Shown: positions 48,018-62,297, counted from the first letter of the whole stretch. The stretch: DNA of 63,990 nt, filler included, from Octopus bimaculoides (GCF_001194135.2; 5 parts of 5 records of this genome joined end to end with filler, not necessarily neighbours in it); one strand, 5' to 3'. Numbers and translations: made by a program. Notes: generated by a model from the sequence alone, not told the origin.

Positions 48018-49955
48018 TAAGCTTCCATGCAGTTTCCGTCCTTACCAAATTCACTCATATGAGCATTGGTAGGCCCGAAACTTGCCAAAGACACCGAGCA
48101 GTGGGACTGAACCCCAAACCACGTCGTTGCAAAGCGAGTGTTTTAACCACATAGCCATACCGGCACCCAGAAAGCTAACAATCAAAACATACTAAATGGC
48201 ATTACTCACCAATATTACTGACAATACTAGAACCATAATACTAAGTACGATGATTGCTCATAATGGAAAAACGTAATAATAAAAAGGGGAGGGGAACACA
48301 ATAACTCTCTTACATATTACTCGAAGGAGAAAGGAAAGGAAAACTTGTGCTTTTAATTTAAAACATTGTGGTCAAACAGGTTGGAAAATTATCCTAATAG
48401 AATTATCATGGAATACAAATGATACACGAGATATGGTGGTTCAATGCTTTAGCAACAACGAATATCAAATATAGTAAAACGACTTATACCTTTAATGGGG
48501 TTGATCTACCGGCTAGAAATAGCAGCAAAATTTCACTCAGACTACATTCAACCGTCTTATAAAAGGATTTGGATGCCTTTTGTGGAGTCCACTCTGTTGC
48601 AAGCAGTTTCAGGATAACTTTCTTTCTCCTCCCACCCCGTCTCACAAATCTCGGAATCGCTGTAAAGGGTTATTGGCACCGTCTTTTATCCTGTGCTAAC
48701 ATTGAGCAATATTCACTCATATTCACAATATTCCTGACAAATAAAAAAATAAAAAGAATGTTTATTGCTTGAATGCTTATAGCTTGAATACTTTTGAATA
48801 CACTATAATAATTGATGTACTTGGTAGGACAACAATGAAAAGGGACACGAACCTAAGTACTCTGTCCGAATTCGCAGCTTTACACAAACCTATAAATAGC
48901 CTCCATGAGCACACAATAGTTTCTATTCTATTCACACATTCAACTTGAATGATTTTTCACATTCTTTCATATATTTTCATATAATTTTACAAACAATAAT
49001 CGCAGATTCCCAAACATTTCGTTTTTAAAAATTGATTTGAAGAACAATTGGCAAGAAAAGAAAAAAAATACCGATAAAGCCTTCATAGCACATGTGCAAC
49101 AGCTGGTCTTCTTAATGCGGCAAATAACACACGCAGCATTTTTATTTATTCAGCGCAATTATCTCTCAATGCAAAAACAATATAAAATAGAACTGTAGCT
49201 AACAAAATGTCCAACGCAGGAAATAAGCATATTTATTGAAAAGAATCATTCAGGTCAATTGCTCAGAGACACCATCCGTATATAAAAACGTTAGTTAAGC
49301 TAGTATAATAGGGTGTGACTGGAATTATATAATGTATAATATAATGAACATCAGCAAGTCAATTCAACATAATAGATCCAGCGAGGAAAAGGTAACATGA
49401 ACTCGCAAAGCATTGGTCAACCCTCGACTACTGTAGTAAACACTTACTCAAAGTGTTGCGCTCTGGGATTGAACTTGAAACCAAGATTGTTAAGTAAATC
49501 TCGTCAATAATGTACTCGAATATACATAGAAATAATGTTCACAAAATTAAATTGGTTAACAATGAATTAGCTGTAATCCATGTACCACTACATCCTCCAA
49601 AGCAATAAGACAATATGACACTCACCAGACTAACACTGAGGTGTAACTAATTGCTTAAGTAAAAACCTTGCCTGGAAGTATTAAAAATGACGGCAGTAAT
49701 GGCAATGGAGGGTAGTTAAGGCGAAATAAGCGGTGTTCCTCTCGCTAGTGAAGATCCTCCTGTATTAAACGGACTGTTCTACTACCCGTGTGCTCACATT
49801 CTTATATACTATGTGCACTTTTTAATTTCATTCCTACCTCCTTTCCCTTTCTTCCTCTTCACTTTTTAATATGAAACCCCAAACAAATTGTAAACTGTTT
49901 TTTGTAATGTCCTTATTCGATGCTTTGTGACAAATTTAAAGAAATTATTATTCTT

Positions 49956-50461
49956 GGCGCGCTGGTAGTATCGTTAGGGAGGCGGACAAAATAATTTCGG
50001 TTCTTTACCGCCGAGGTTGCCTTTACCTTTCGGCCTTACGGGACCGATAAAATAAGTACTAATCAAGTATGGGGCCGATGTAGTCGAGTTTCCTCTCCTC
50101 TCAAAAACTGATGGCCTGGTGCTAAACTTTTAACCTATTATTTATTATTAGCGAGTTGGTAATGTCGTTAGCGACAAGGAGAAAATGTTTAGCAGCATTT
50201 CGTCCGTCGCTTTACGCTTTGGGTTAAAATCATGCCGAAGTTGACTTTGTATTTCATCCTTCCGGAGTCGATAAAATATGTACCAGTTGAGTACTGAGGT
50301 CGACGTAATGGACTTTTCCTCTCCCCTGAACTTCCTGGCTTTGTCCCAAATTTTCAGACCATTATTATTTAGGCAGCAAGTTGGCAGAATCGTTACCTTT
50401 CGTCTGACTTCACGTTCTGAGTTGAAATTCCGCCGAGGTCGACTTTGTCTTTCATCCTTTC
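49956..50461 (+). mobile_element. Head-to-tail cluster of three Deu/Nin-like SINEs, the last one truncated
   Basis: Three successive heads and cores separated by ATT-rich linkers. Confidence 0.7.
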
Positions 50462-50469
50462 AGGCCAGC

Positions 50470-52205
50470 ATGGCGGTTCTTAAAGTAGGTTGCATAAATG
50501 TTCGTGGCCTGGGGTCGTCGTGGAAGAAAGGACGCTTGCGCAATGACCTCAGATGGCTAAGTCTGGATGTAATAGCCGTCAGTGAGACCAGGATCGCGGA
50601 CACACGGGCCTTGCCCCCCATTTCCAATGACTATGAGATTTTCGCATCTCTTAGTCGACCAGGGTGGCAGTGTTGTTCAGAAAAGGCTTGGATCTCGAGA
50701 TACGGCCGGTCTTCCTGGACCTGGAAGGTAAGTCGATGGCCCTGGACATGTACGATAACGAAGGCAGTATTTTTAGACTGGTCGCAGTGTACACACCGAC
50801 TGGAGCGGGGCAACCGGAGTTCTTCAGACGTCTAAGGACGTCTCGCTCTTTAGTGTTTAGTGGGCGATTGGAACGCTATTTTGGATGCACGTGTGGATTG
50901 GGTGGGGCTAGCGAATAGGAAAGGAGGGTTCGCAAGCCTCGCTAATCTTGTCAGTCGTTTCCAGCTGGTGGACTGGTTCAGACTGGATTTCCCAAACAAT
51001 CCAGTGTGGACATGAGCAAAATGTGTTGGGTCATCCAGATCTTATCTAGATAGGGTATTTTGTAGGCTAGCAGAGAGGAATAGCATAAGGAGTTCACAAT
51101 TTGAATTCATCAACTACACAGACCACAAATTTGTGATCTGTACGGTTGAGCCAGATAGACTCCATAGGTAGGGACCCGGATACTGGAAGCTGAACGCATC
51201 CTTCCCGGCGCGTCAAGCTTTCAGAGATCGGCTTAGCAAGTTAGTCCATCGATAGTTGACGGGTGCAGTCATCAACAACCGATGGTGGGGGGCAATTAGA
51301 GTAGAAGATATAGAATTTAGCAGAAAACTAGCGAAAGAGAAGATTAGAATAGGGGAGATCTAGTTAGGAAATTAGAAGAGGTACTGAGTAGAGGCATAAC
51401 GACCGACGTGGTGGCAGCGTGACTGGTTCTGAAATAATTCTTCAGAGCTGGGGTGTGTGCTCTAAAGCAGGAGGGAACGAAAGCCGTTTGATGGGCCCGA
51501 GTGGCCGAGGTGCAACGTGGTAATAAAGCTACAATTCGATCTTTGAGGAGTCAGGATGGGCGCATGCTACACGAATTCAAGCAGATCTGTGCAGAATTTC
51601 AGGGGCACTTTACTGAACTGTACGGGGTACGCGGTGGCCCGGAGGCAGAGGTGAACTTCACTTCCTAACTTGATGGAATGCCACGGTTTTCGGCCAGAAG
51701 TGTGGAGTTCTTCGAAAAGCTGATAACAGCTGAAGATATACGTGACGCGTTGGCTAGTTGCACGAGGGAGCAGTCCCCAGGATTGGATGGTCTGCCCTTC
51801 GAGTTTTATATACATATGCCAGACTTAGTTGGTGAGCTTTTGGGAGACGTCAACCACAAGTGGCAGCAGAATGGGAGAATACCCAGATCTGTGACCAAGG
51901 TGTGGTGATGCTGCTGAGAATGGATCCGAACAAGGGGAACATTGTTGATAACTTTAGGCCAGTAACTCTGCTAAATACAAATTCTGGTGGCTATGGCAAA
52001 AGGATTGTGTGGTGGAAGCAATTGAAATGGTTGGAGGTAGGTACCTTCCTCTTTGGCCAAGGCCTCATTGACTATGTCAAGTTCCATCTGAAAAGGAAAG
52101 TGAGGCTGGAGAGGGAGGTACTGTTACCTAATAAGTTCGTTGAAAGGTGAGTGAATGTGGTAAGACTGGCGCATGTGAATGGGCCTACTCTAAGTGTGCG
52201 CCTGT
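50470..52205 (+). mobile_element. L1/Tx1-clade LINE ORF2, frameshifted and internally deleted
   Basis: APE endonuclease MAVLKVGCINVRGL...DVIAVSET, FRLVAVYTP, GDWNAILD, SYLDRVF, DHKFV, PGYWKLN; RT start QSPGLDGLPFEFY and NFRPVTLLNT, then an abrupt jump to a C-terminal-like segment. Confidence 0.88.
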
Positions 52206-52239
52206 ACGCCGGATGGAAAGGAGCCGTTGATGTTAAGGG

Positions 52240-52540
52240 GTCAAGGGCCCGGGAACAGGGGGTGCAGCGGGTGCACCTGCACCCCCTAGAATTTTCAGGG
52301 GGTGCAAGATCAAACTTTGCACCCCCTACATAATCTTACCAGTTGCAGAAAAAAAGTGTCTAAAATCTATCGGTATAAAATGGTTAAGTTCGATCTCGTT
52401 TCAAAACAAAGAAAAAAATAAATATATAAATAAATAAAAGTGATGAAGCTAGCATAAAATTCCCTAGGGAGTTTAGGACCACTAACTTCTGAAGGCAAGT
52501 AGCGTCAAAATACAAAAAAGTAAGTGACAATAACAACAGT
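52240..52540. mobile_element. Probable DNA-transposon terminus
   Basis: GC-rich AGGGCCCGGGAACAGGGGGTGCAGCGGGTGCACCTGCACCCCC with an internal palindrome; cut by a gap. Confidence 0.35.
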
Positions 52541-52704
52541 AGCNNNNNNNNNNNNNNNNNNNNNNNNNNNNNNNNNNNNNNNNNNNNTTAATTAATTAAN
52601 NNNNNNNNNNNNNNNNNNNNNNNNNNNNNNNNNNNNNNNNNNNATATGTATGTATATATATATATATATATATATTTATGTATGTATATATACATATATA
52701 TATG

Positions 52705-52740
<36 letters not shown>

Positions 52741-52789
52741 TACATGTATTAATATATATATATATGTAGATATGGTTACATAAGTGTCT

Positions 52790-53010
52790 AACTGTAGGTG
52801 GTTGCACCTTTGTTGGTGCAGCTACACCAGGCAGGGTGGTTCTGTTCTTGCATTTCCTCAGATTTCGGGGTTGATCTGAAAGCATTTCAGCAAGGCTTTG
52901 AGATATCTCAAAGTGTGTAAATGTTAGACAGAGCAGCTTGTGAAGAGGACTTCCGTACCTGGGACCTTTGTCTTGCCAGGTGATTTTCAACATCTTTCTC
53001 AAATATAAAA
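52790..53010 (-). mobile_element. RTE (BovB-like) fragment
   Basis: Minus strand YLRKMLKITWQDK then TEVL in a shifted frame. Confidence 0.55.
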
Positions 53011-54029
53011 AGTCAGAAGAAATGCCACCAGGGATTTTGTTTGTCACGCTAACAATTCTGCCAGCTCACCAATGGTGAGTATATAATCAATTGAAGTAAC
53101 CCCTAGGGCAATGCTTGACTTGCAAGATATAGCAGCCAAATCTTTCTCAAACCAGACACTACCACCTTAAATAAAAAGGAATATATCTCAACTCTGTGCT
53201 TCATTTGATACAAAAAGACAGGACTGATCTCATCAATCAGAGTTCACCTATTATAAACAACAACAAAAAACTAATGTCCATTTTATTGTTTCCCCACCGT
53301 CCCTCACAAATTATTTATTAAGTACCATTCCTTACCTCCCAAACACCTCTACAAGTCAGTTTATATTCTCCAACGACACGACATGCTAGGAGTTATGTCC
53401 AAACATGTTTAATATATTTGCATTTGGAAATATATCATTGTTGAGTTTATATTGGCTAAATATTTACTTTATTATGTCGAAATGAAGATTTATGACACCA
53501 ACTGTTAATAACTCACCTTTTTTTATAACCTTGTCACTCTAACACCACAATTGTTCCATGATATCCCTTCCTTTATTTTATAGCCCCTTACACTTTGTCA
53601 AGTGTCACCAACTAGTTTTATGATGTCTACAAAGATTAGGAAGACTTCCCACCAAATAAACAAGTTTTGTGATTATTACTCAATCCTAAACAGCGTTTGA
53701 GATCACTTCCAAGCGAAATACACTAAGGAATCCCTGTGACCTTGTGTCAAAACTTCTGCAATGCAGTTCCAACTTTGCCACAACTTTAACTCCTTGGAGG
53801 TCATTGGAGTGCTGCAGCCATGCAGCGTGCCTAGGGCAAGAAAGCCTGGCAGAACCCGTCCCTCTCCAGGCTGAACTCATTTCTGCTGCTGAGTGGACTG
53901 AAGCAACATGAAATGAACTGCTTTGCTCAAGAACACAACGGATTGCCTGGTCCAGAGATTGAAACCGCAATCTTATGATTGTGAGTTCAACACTCTAACC
54001 ACTAAGCCAGCAAGTCGGTGCAGAAGGGT

Positions 54030-54455
54030 AATTCAGTTACATCAGCCCCAGTATTTGACTGGTACTTATTTCATCAACCCCTGAAAAGATGAAAAGCAAA
54101 GTCAACCTTGGTGGAATTTGAACTCAAATCATAAAGACAGGTGAAATACTGCTAAGCAGTTTGCCCGGCATGTTTATGATCCAGCCAGCTCACCACCTTA
54201 ACACTCCAACTAAATATTATAATATTCTTTTCTACTCTAGGCACAAGGCCCAAAATTTTTGAGGACAGGGGCCGGCAGTCAATTAGATCAACTTCAGTAC
54301 ATATTCAGTATACAGCTGGTACTTAATTTATCGACCCTGAAAGGATGAAAGGCAAAGTCGACCTCGGCAGAATTTGAACTCAGAACGCAAAGACAGATGA
54401 AATACCGATAAACATTTTACTCAACTTGCAAACATTTCTGCCAGCTCGCCCCCTT
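54030..54455 (-). mobile_element. Tandem pair of Deu/Nin-like SINEs; further copies at 55620-56010, 56770-56985 and 57795-58020
   Basis: TATCGACCCTGAAAGGATGAAAGGCAAAGTCGACCTCGGCAGAATTTGAACTCAG core. Confidence 0.7.
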
Positions 54456-56504
54456 CAAATATTATAATATTAGAAGAGCATTGGAGTTTGACTGAAGCAT
54501 TGTAGTACAGAAGTTGAATAATGAATAAATGAGAAATAAGTTTCTAACAATGCAGAAAGTTTAAAAACACCTTAAAATTCCTGCATCGTTTGAGCTTTCC
54601 TTATTTTTCATTTCATTCATTATTCTAATTATGATATTGTTCCAAATTTTATGATACCCTCCACCCACTAATTCAATGGTTCTCAGCTATGGCTCATATG
54701 ATGCTTGGGATCCCCAAAAGGTTTAGTTGTTAAAAATCATGCACAATAAATATTCTACAATACAGAATAAATTCTTCTACAATACTGAAAACATTTTAAC
54801 AATTTTTGGTTATACAATTCCTAATATTTAATTATAAAACTATAATGGTATTATATATTTTAAAACACTTGAGCAATAACAATTAATGGGAATATTTAGA
54901 ATTTACAGTTCTGTGCAACCCACACTCAGGTGGGAAACATTATATAAAACTGTTGACTACTTCTTTGTGAATATTACTTACTAATATACAAAAGGTTTGT
55001 AAATCCCCCAATCATCATCGGCACCACTATTATTTTCGTCATCACTACTACCACTGTCATCACCACCATCTTTGTTAATGGCATTTCATTGGTTACAATG
55101 AGGGTTCCAGTTGATCCAATCAACGGAGCAGCCTGCTCATGAAATTAACTTGCAAGTGGCTGAGTACTCCACAGACACATGTACCCTTAATGCAGTTCTG
55201 AGGCGAGATTCAGCATGAGACAGAATGTGACAAGGCTGACCATTTGAATTACTGGTGCAACTCACTTTTGCCAGCTAAGTGGACTGGAGCAGCATGAAAT
55301 AAAGTGTCTTGCTCGAGAACACAAAGTGCCACCAGGAATTGAACTCACTACCTTGCGATTATGAGCTAAATACCCTTACAACTAAGCCATGCACCTTCAC
55401 ACTCATCATCAATGTCAGCATCATCATCACCACCATCGTCATCATCACCATGACCACTAATCAGCCAGAAATTTCCATCAAATTAAAATGTACCAACTTA
55501 AAAAAAGGAAGGCTACATTACATGTACTATATGGTCATGTTTGGAGAGTTTTTGAGTGTAAGCTTGTTCAATTAAGTCTGACTCAGGGCTAAACAACAAC
55601 TGAGCTTCATTATATTATATATTGGTTTCAAATTTTGGCTCAAGGCAGCAATTTTGGTGGAGGGAGTAAGTGGATTACATCACCCCCAGTATTCAACTGG
55701 TACTTATTTCATTGACCATGGAAAGATAAAAGGTAAAGTCTAGCTCAGAATATGAAGCCAGACGAAATGCCACTAAGTATATTGCCCAGTGTGCTAATGA
55801 TTCTTTTCTAATCTAGGCACAAGGCCCGAAATTTTGGGGGAGGGGGCTAGTCGATTAGATCAACCCCAGTATGCAACTGGTACTTAATTTATCAACCCCA
55901 AAAGGATGAAAGGCAAAGTCGACCTTGGCAGAATTTGAACTCAAGACGTAACAGCAGACGAAATACTGCTAAGCATTTCGCCTGGCCTGCTAACGTTTCT
56001 GCCAGTTCGCCTTTCAGTATATTATATATTACACAGTATTTTGTTATACATTCCTGATACACATATACACTTATACATACGAACACACACACACACAGAT
56101 ATACATACCACCTAAATATACACTATATGTGAAGACAGTCACACCTCAATGTTGCATCAACTCTCTCTCTCCCAGTATTACTGTTTACAACAACAGTAAC
56201 AACAACAACAAGGAAGCCAAGACAGTGACAACATCAGAGGATATGACAATCCCAGTGTTAAAGATGGTTTTCATATTTCTGCATCTTAAAGATTAAGGCT
56301 AATTTTTTCTTTTTCTCTTCCGTTTTCTATACCATCATCAGCAGTATCACCATCATCATGATCATGGTTCACGTTGTTATTGTTGATCTTTGCTAAAGGC
56401 ATGTTAAATCTGATGTCGTTGCTATGTTAGTTCAAAGGAGCTACTAATAGTTTCATGCTTTATGATACTTTAAATTGGCAGATATACCTACATACATACA
56501 TACA

Positions 56505-56554
<50 letters not shown>

Positions 56555-56654
56555 NNNNNNNNNNNNNNNNNNNNNNNNNNNNNNNNNNNNNNNNNNNNTT
56601 AATTAATTAANNNNNNNNNNNNNNNNNNNNNNNNNNNNNNNNNNNNNNNNNNNN

Positions 56655-56698
<44 letters not shown>

Positions 56699-56711
56699 TA
56701 TGTATATAAGC

Positions 56712-56745
<34 letters not shown>

Positions 56746-58974
56746 TTGTTTTTATTCTGAGTGATAATCCTTTCTACAATAGGTGCAGAGCCAAATCTTT
56801 TGGGAGAGGGCGCCAGTCAATGGCATTGATCCCAATGTTCAACTGTTATTTTTGTTATTAACCCTGAAAGGATGATGACAGTTAAAGTGGACCTTAGCAG
56901 AATTTGAACTTAAAACATAAAGATGAACAGAATGCTGCTAAGCAGTTTGTTTGGTGAGTTAATGATTCTACCAGCTTACTGCCTTATACTGAGTTATAAT
57001 GAAAACAATTTAACATTAATCTGTGGACTACAAATTTATTATACATTCTGAGGAAGGCAAGCAAACCAAAACTTCAAAGTCACTGTCGCCACTACTCTTG
57101 TAAATGTACAGCTTTGATAAGGATAGGATGGTGTTAAATTTCTCAATCTCTGTAGTATCTCATTTGAATAAATGTGGGATTGATTATTATGCATGATTAC
57201 TACACTGCAAAATTATGTAATTTACCCATCTATCTGAAATGTTTGAATAATTCTCCATTCTTCTATGTTTATTTATGCACATATATATATCTGTATTTAT
57301 GCACATATATATATATATCTATATATATTATTTATTCACATATATATATATATATCTATATGTGAATGTGTATCTTCATTAATCACTTTCCATGCTAAGA
57401 GGTCATTACTGGTTTACTAGACAAATCAGAGGACAACATCCCCTTCCTAACACCAAATATCTCACAAATTGTACTGGGTATATTTCTTTCAAGCCACCAA
57501 CACTAAAGAGGTTGTCACATCTATGATAAAATGAAAGGGCCCTTTTGATCTCAGATTTAACATTGTGTACTGGATGTTATTTTTTTTTTATCTCACCATT
57601 AGAGAGGTAGTCATGTCCTTGACATAACTAAAGGAACTTCACAAACACACACCTCTTCTCACTTGCTAACTTCTTTACAAAATAAGAAGCAGGAGTGATA
57701 GAAGCATGAAAGAGAGAAACATGAATGGTTACTATTAGAGGGGTGTGTAGTAATAGGGGACAGGTAAATGGGTTCTCAATATTCTGAGATAGAGACAGCA
57801 AGCTGGCAGAGACATTAGCATCTGGGCGAAATGCTTTGCGGTATTTCGTCTGTTTTTACATTCTGTGTTCAAATTCCACTGAGGTTGATTTTGCTTTTCA
57901 TGCTTTTGAGGTCAGTAAATTAAATACCAGTTGTGTACTGGGGTCGATCTAATCGATTGCCCCCCCCCCCCCCCCNNNNNNNNNNCCAAAAATTTCAGGC
58001 CTTGTGCCTAGAGTAGAAAAGAATACTCAGATAGAATCATTTATTCAAAGCATTGTAACCAAGATGACAGGGTGAAGACTCAGAGCATAGAGCAATCACA
58101 GGTCTCCAGCCTATGCAAGAGGATAAAAAGCTGAGAGTATGATGGCAGTGGGACCTAGGGTGATGACAAACTGTACAGGAGGTGAATGTGAAAGTACTTT
58201 GTACTGGAATAAGTGGTCCAGTGTAGCTTCTCATATTTAATGTTCAGAAAGATCGAGTGAAAAGAGTGAGGATAGGACGTATGGAAAGTTGGTGGGTCGT
58301 ATACCATTGACCAGCACAAATATATGTTGGTAAGAGGGTCAGATGAATGTAGTATAGTAGTTTTATAGTTACTCTAGAAGCAATAATTGGTGAATATTAG
58401 GGATCCAGTGCTATACTTGGTTGCACTGACAGCATAGTGCAGTGTGATTGAGAAGAAGAGAAAGTGAGTGAAAGATGTGCAATTCGAGGCATGGACCTAA
58501 GAGGCAGGAGAAATAAAGGCATGGGCAAAAGGGACATGAGACAAAAGACATTGACATACGAGACTTACATAATGTGTGTGTGTGTGTGTGTGTGTTTGTA
58601 TGCCTTTTGTTACTTGTTCTGGTTAGCAGATTGTGACCATGCTGGGGCACAATCTTGGAGGATTTTAGTTGAATGAATTGACCCCAGAACTTAACTTTTA
58701 AGCCTGGTACTTATTCTATTGGTCCCTTTTGCTGAACTACTAAGTTACTGAAGATAAACACACCAACACCAGCTGTCAATGGTGGTGGGGGACAAACACA
58801 GACACAAAGACACACACACACACAACAGGCTTCTTTCAGAAAACACTTGCCCAAGGTGCCACACAGTGGGACTGAACCCAGAACCATGAGGTTGGGAAGC
58901 AAACTTCTTACCACACAGCCTCATGTATATGTATGTTCCTATGTGTTTTATCTTTTACTTAATCATTGGGCAAT

Positions 58975-59362
58975 AAACTGTGCTTGTGAAGATCTGTTGA
59001 GGCAAGTGAAGTCGTTGTCACGGCTGATGACAGCAACTGTGCCAGTGGCATGTAAAAAGCACCATTCGAGTGTGGTCGATGCCAGTGCCGCCTAACTGGC
59101 TTCCATGCCGGTGGCATGTAAAAAGCACCATTTAAGCATGGCCAATGCCAGTACTGTCTGACTGGCCCTCGTGCCGGTGGCATGTAAAAATCACCCACTA
59201 CACTCTTGGAGTGGTTGGCATTAGGAAGGGCATCCAGCTGTAGAAACATTCCCAGATTGGATTGGAGTCTGGTGCAGCCTTCTGGCTTGCCAGCCCTCAG
59301 TCAAACCATCCAACCCATGCCAGCATGGAAAGTGGATGATAAACGATGATGATGATGATGAT
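58975..59362 (+). mobile_element. RTE 3'-tail copy with three subrepeat units
   Basis: GGTGGCATGTAAAAA occurs three times before the tail core and ATG repeat. Confidence 0.8.
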
Positions 59363-60099
59363 GATTCATTAGACTGTAGCCATCTGGAGCAAGGAAATTA
59401 TGCTACAATAAAGATAATGATCTCAACTGGAAAATCATTCAGAACCAGTGATTTAAAGATAATATATCAGAGCATTAACCATAAACTGTGGGCTTGGTTT
59501 CCCAACAATAGTCACTCTATTTTCTTTCTCTTCATTTTTATATTTGTCTGCACATGTTTACATTTAATATATACAAATGTATTCTTTAAAAATCATCTTA
59601 GTTATATTGATTTCTAATTTATGTACCAAACCCACCTGAGTGAGAGGCTTTAATGCCTGACCATTAATTACAATGATACACTCCATTATCAGTTGCAAAA
59701 TGTAGAAACCATTTATTTAAAAGGGTTACATTATGTCTTCATTTCTTTCAATTGTATCATCTATGTACAATAAACACAATGTTTAAATTATGTTGACCTT
59801 ACTTCACTAATATTTGTTTTAAGAACTTTTAATGTTTTTCTTAGAATAAAGTTAATTATATTGTAATTTTCCCTGTGTGCTTTACAGAAGTGTAAACTGA
59901 ATTTAGAACCACACTTGCTATCAATGTATATACTAAATAGTTCCAAATACCATTCCAGTGAATGATTTCTTTTTAATGCTCCTTTTGAAATGTATTCTTT
60001 CATTTCTGCACTGTATTTTCTTCAACAAATATTTAGCTATTTTATTGCAAGTATACCACACTATTCCCTCTTTGCAATGTGCAAAATTCTGAGTTTACC

Positions 60100-60710
60100 A
60101 CCATAACTGTTGGGGTGATAAAAGGTAGAGTTGAAGAGATTGTAGAGATGCTAGAACAAAGGCAAGTAGATGTGTGTTGTGTACAAGATATAAGATGGTG
60201 GTGAGCCTCATTCAGACTCCTCCTAGACAAGGAACGCAACTACACATTATCTGAGGGTAGGTAATAGTACTGGTATTAGTAGAGTAGGAATATTGTTTGG
60301 AGAGAAATGAGTAGATAAAGTGAGACAGTCAGGTGGAATGCATGACAAAATAATTATGCTTAAACTAGTCATAGGCAATATAATAGCAATGCTAAAATGT
60401 AGTGCTTATATATATATAACTATAACAGCAATATGAAATCAAATGGAAATTGTAGTTGTGATCCCCGTGACGGTAGCACGTAAAAAGCACCATCTGAATG
60501 TGGCCAATACCAGTTCCACTTTGACTGGCTTCCATGCTGGTGGTATGTAAAAAGCATCCACTACACTCTCAGAGTGGTTGGCGTTAGGAAGGGCATCCAG
60601 CTGAAGAAACACTGCCAGATCAGATTGGGGCCTGGTGCAGCCTCCTGGTTTCCCAGACCCCAGTCGAACTGTCCAACCCATGCCAGCATAGAAAACGGAC
60701 GTTGATGATG
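60100..60710 (+). mobile_element. RTE endonuclease fragment (60100-60395) joined to a 3' tail (60435-60710)
   Basis: TVGVIKGRVEEIVEMLEQRQVDVCCVQDIRW ... GILFGEK ... IIMLKLVIG, followed by the tail core. Confidence 0.72.
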
Positions 60711-61590
60711 CCTACAGTAAATGACTAACGGATGAACAAAAGGGCCATTTTCTTACACCAGTCCAAAAATACTGAAAACGACTCATAAGTGCTGAGCTTT
60801 ATAAAAAAACGAACTCAATTTTAAGCTTATTCATTCTATTAACATCTGTAATACACTGGTTTAGCTCCACGTCAACCCTAATCATGATGACAGACATTAG
60901 GATTGGAGGTATTCTCATGATGAGTGATATTTTTGTTTTCATTGGTAGTATATTTTGGACCGCATTTTCCAATGTATCCTTTCTTTTTACAATAACAGAA
61001 TAACACTAAACAGAGTTTTGGTGTTATTTTTATCGTGTCAAATGATATCACAGAGAAACTCTCTCTGTTTTGTCTGTAATATATCATCACCATCGTTTTA
61101 AACATCCATCTGTCAATACTTGGAATTTGCTGAAGCAGTTTTCTACAGTTGGATGCTCTTCTTGTTGCCAGCCCTCACCTGTTTCCAAGCAAGATAATAT
61201 TTCCTCTTGGCCAGACATATTTGTCACAAAACACAGGAAATGAACAAATTCATTTGTTTGACAGTAATACTTACAGGCAACCATCACATGCTTTCAACAC
61301 AACACAACACACTCAAATATATATACATATATAACGGGCTTCTTTCAGTCTCTCTTGACCAAATCACTCACATGGCTTTGGTCAGCTTAGGGTTATATTA
61401 AAAGATAGGTTCTGTGCAGTGGAACTGAACCTGAAACCACATGATGGAAGGCAAGCTTCTTAACCACACACCACACCTGTGTGGTGTATTTAATATTAAT
61501 GATAGTATTGGTGTATTTAGTATTTCAAAATATTTGTTTGCTAACCTCAAACTTTGTACTAATGAACATTTTCTCAATTCTATTTTTCAG

Positions 61591-61765
61591 GTACTGGATC
61601 TTTAACAGTTCTTCGCCAAAACAATTCACGTAAGCTTGTCAGCTCTAGCAGTCGTACATCAAGTACAGTGAGTATAGATAGCGATTCCTATGCAAGCGGG
61701 GAATTAGGTTTTGAAAAAATGCCTGCAGCGGATGCACCTGAGGCTTCACATTATTGCTCTATGCG
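61591..61765 (+). CDS. Internal coding exon of an unidentified gene (phase 1 in, phase 2 out)
   Basis: Acceptor TTCTCAATTCTATTTTTCAG|G and donor ATGCG|GTAAGC. The 175 nt are open in one frame: TGSLTVLRQNNSRKLVSSSSRTSSTVSIDSDSYASGELGFEKMPAADAPEASHYCSM. Non-repetitive sequence; the antisense frames are closed. Confidence 0.72.
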
Positions 61766-62297
61766 GTAAGCTATTTTTTTCAACAACACATCTTCAGTAA
61801 TTTTCCTGAATATTTTTACATGAAATTTAATGCTGGATGAATTGAAAAAGCATTTGTGTCAATGTCTATCAATAATGCTTCATAACTTGCTGTCCTTCCC
61901 AAGATATGGATGATCCTGCTGTATGATAGTAAATTGTTTTGGGTAAGGTAAACTATGGATTTAACAGACACTTTGGTCATTTAACTGGTTCTTTGTTGAT
62001 CAGACTACATTCTTTGGTCCTGCAATTTATATACTCATTTATTTTAAACACTTCAATGTTTTCATTTGGTGCTTTTTGGAAAACTTAATAATTTATTTTC
62101 GTCATCTTATTATTTTCATACATTTCAAAGCAGCTCATTAAAGTTTGTTCAAATGGTTCCACATCCTCACTCGCTGTTTCCCATAAATTATTAGAGAACT
62201 CTATTTTGGGTGGTAGACTTAATCCATTGCCTAATTTAATGCCATTACCTGACTGACTGGTACCTTTGATAGAGTCCACTTTGTTGCAAGCTTTCAG

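Noticed and set aside
52861-52911. Apparent + strand exon (DFGVDLKAFQQGFEISQ)
   Set aside because: The donor is weak and the segment is the antisense of an RTE fragment (LRKMLKITWQDK).
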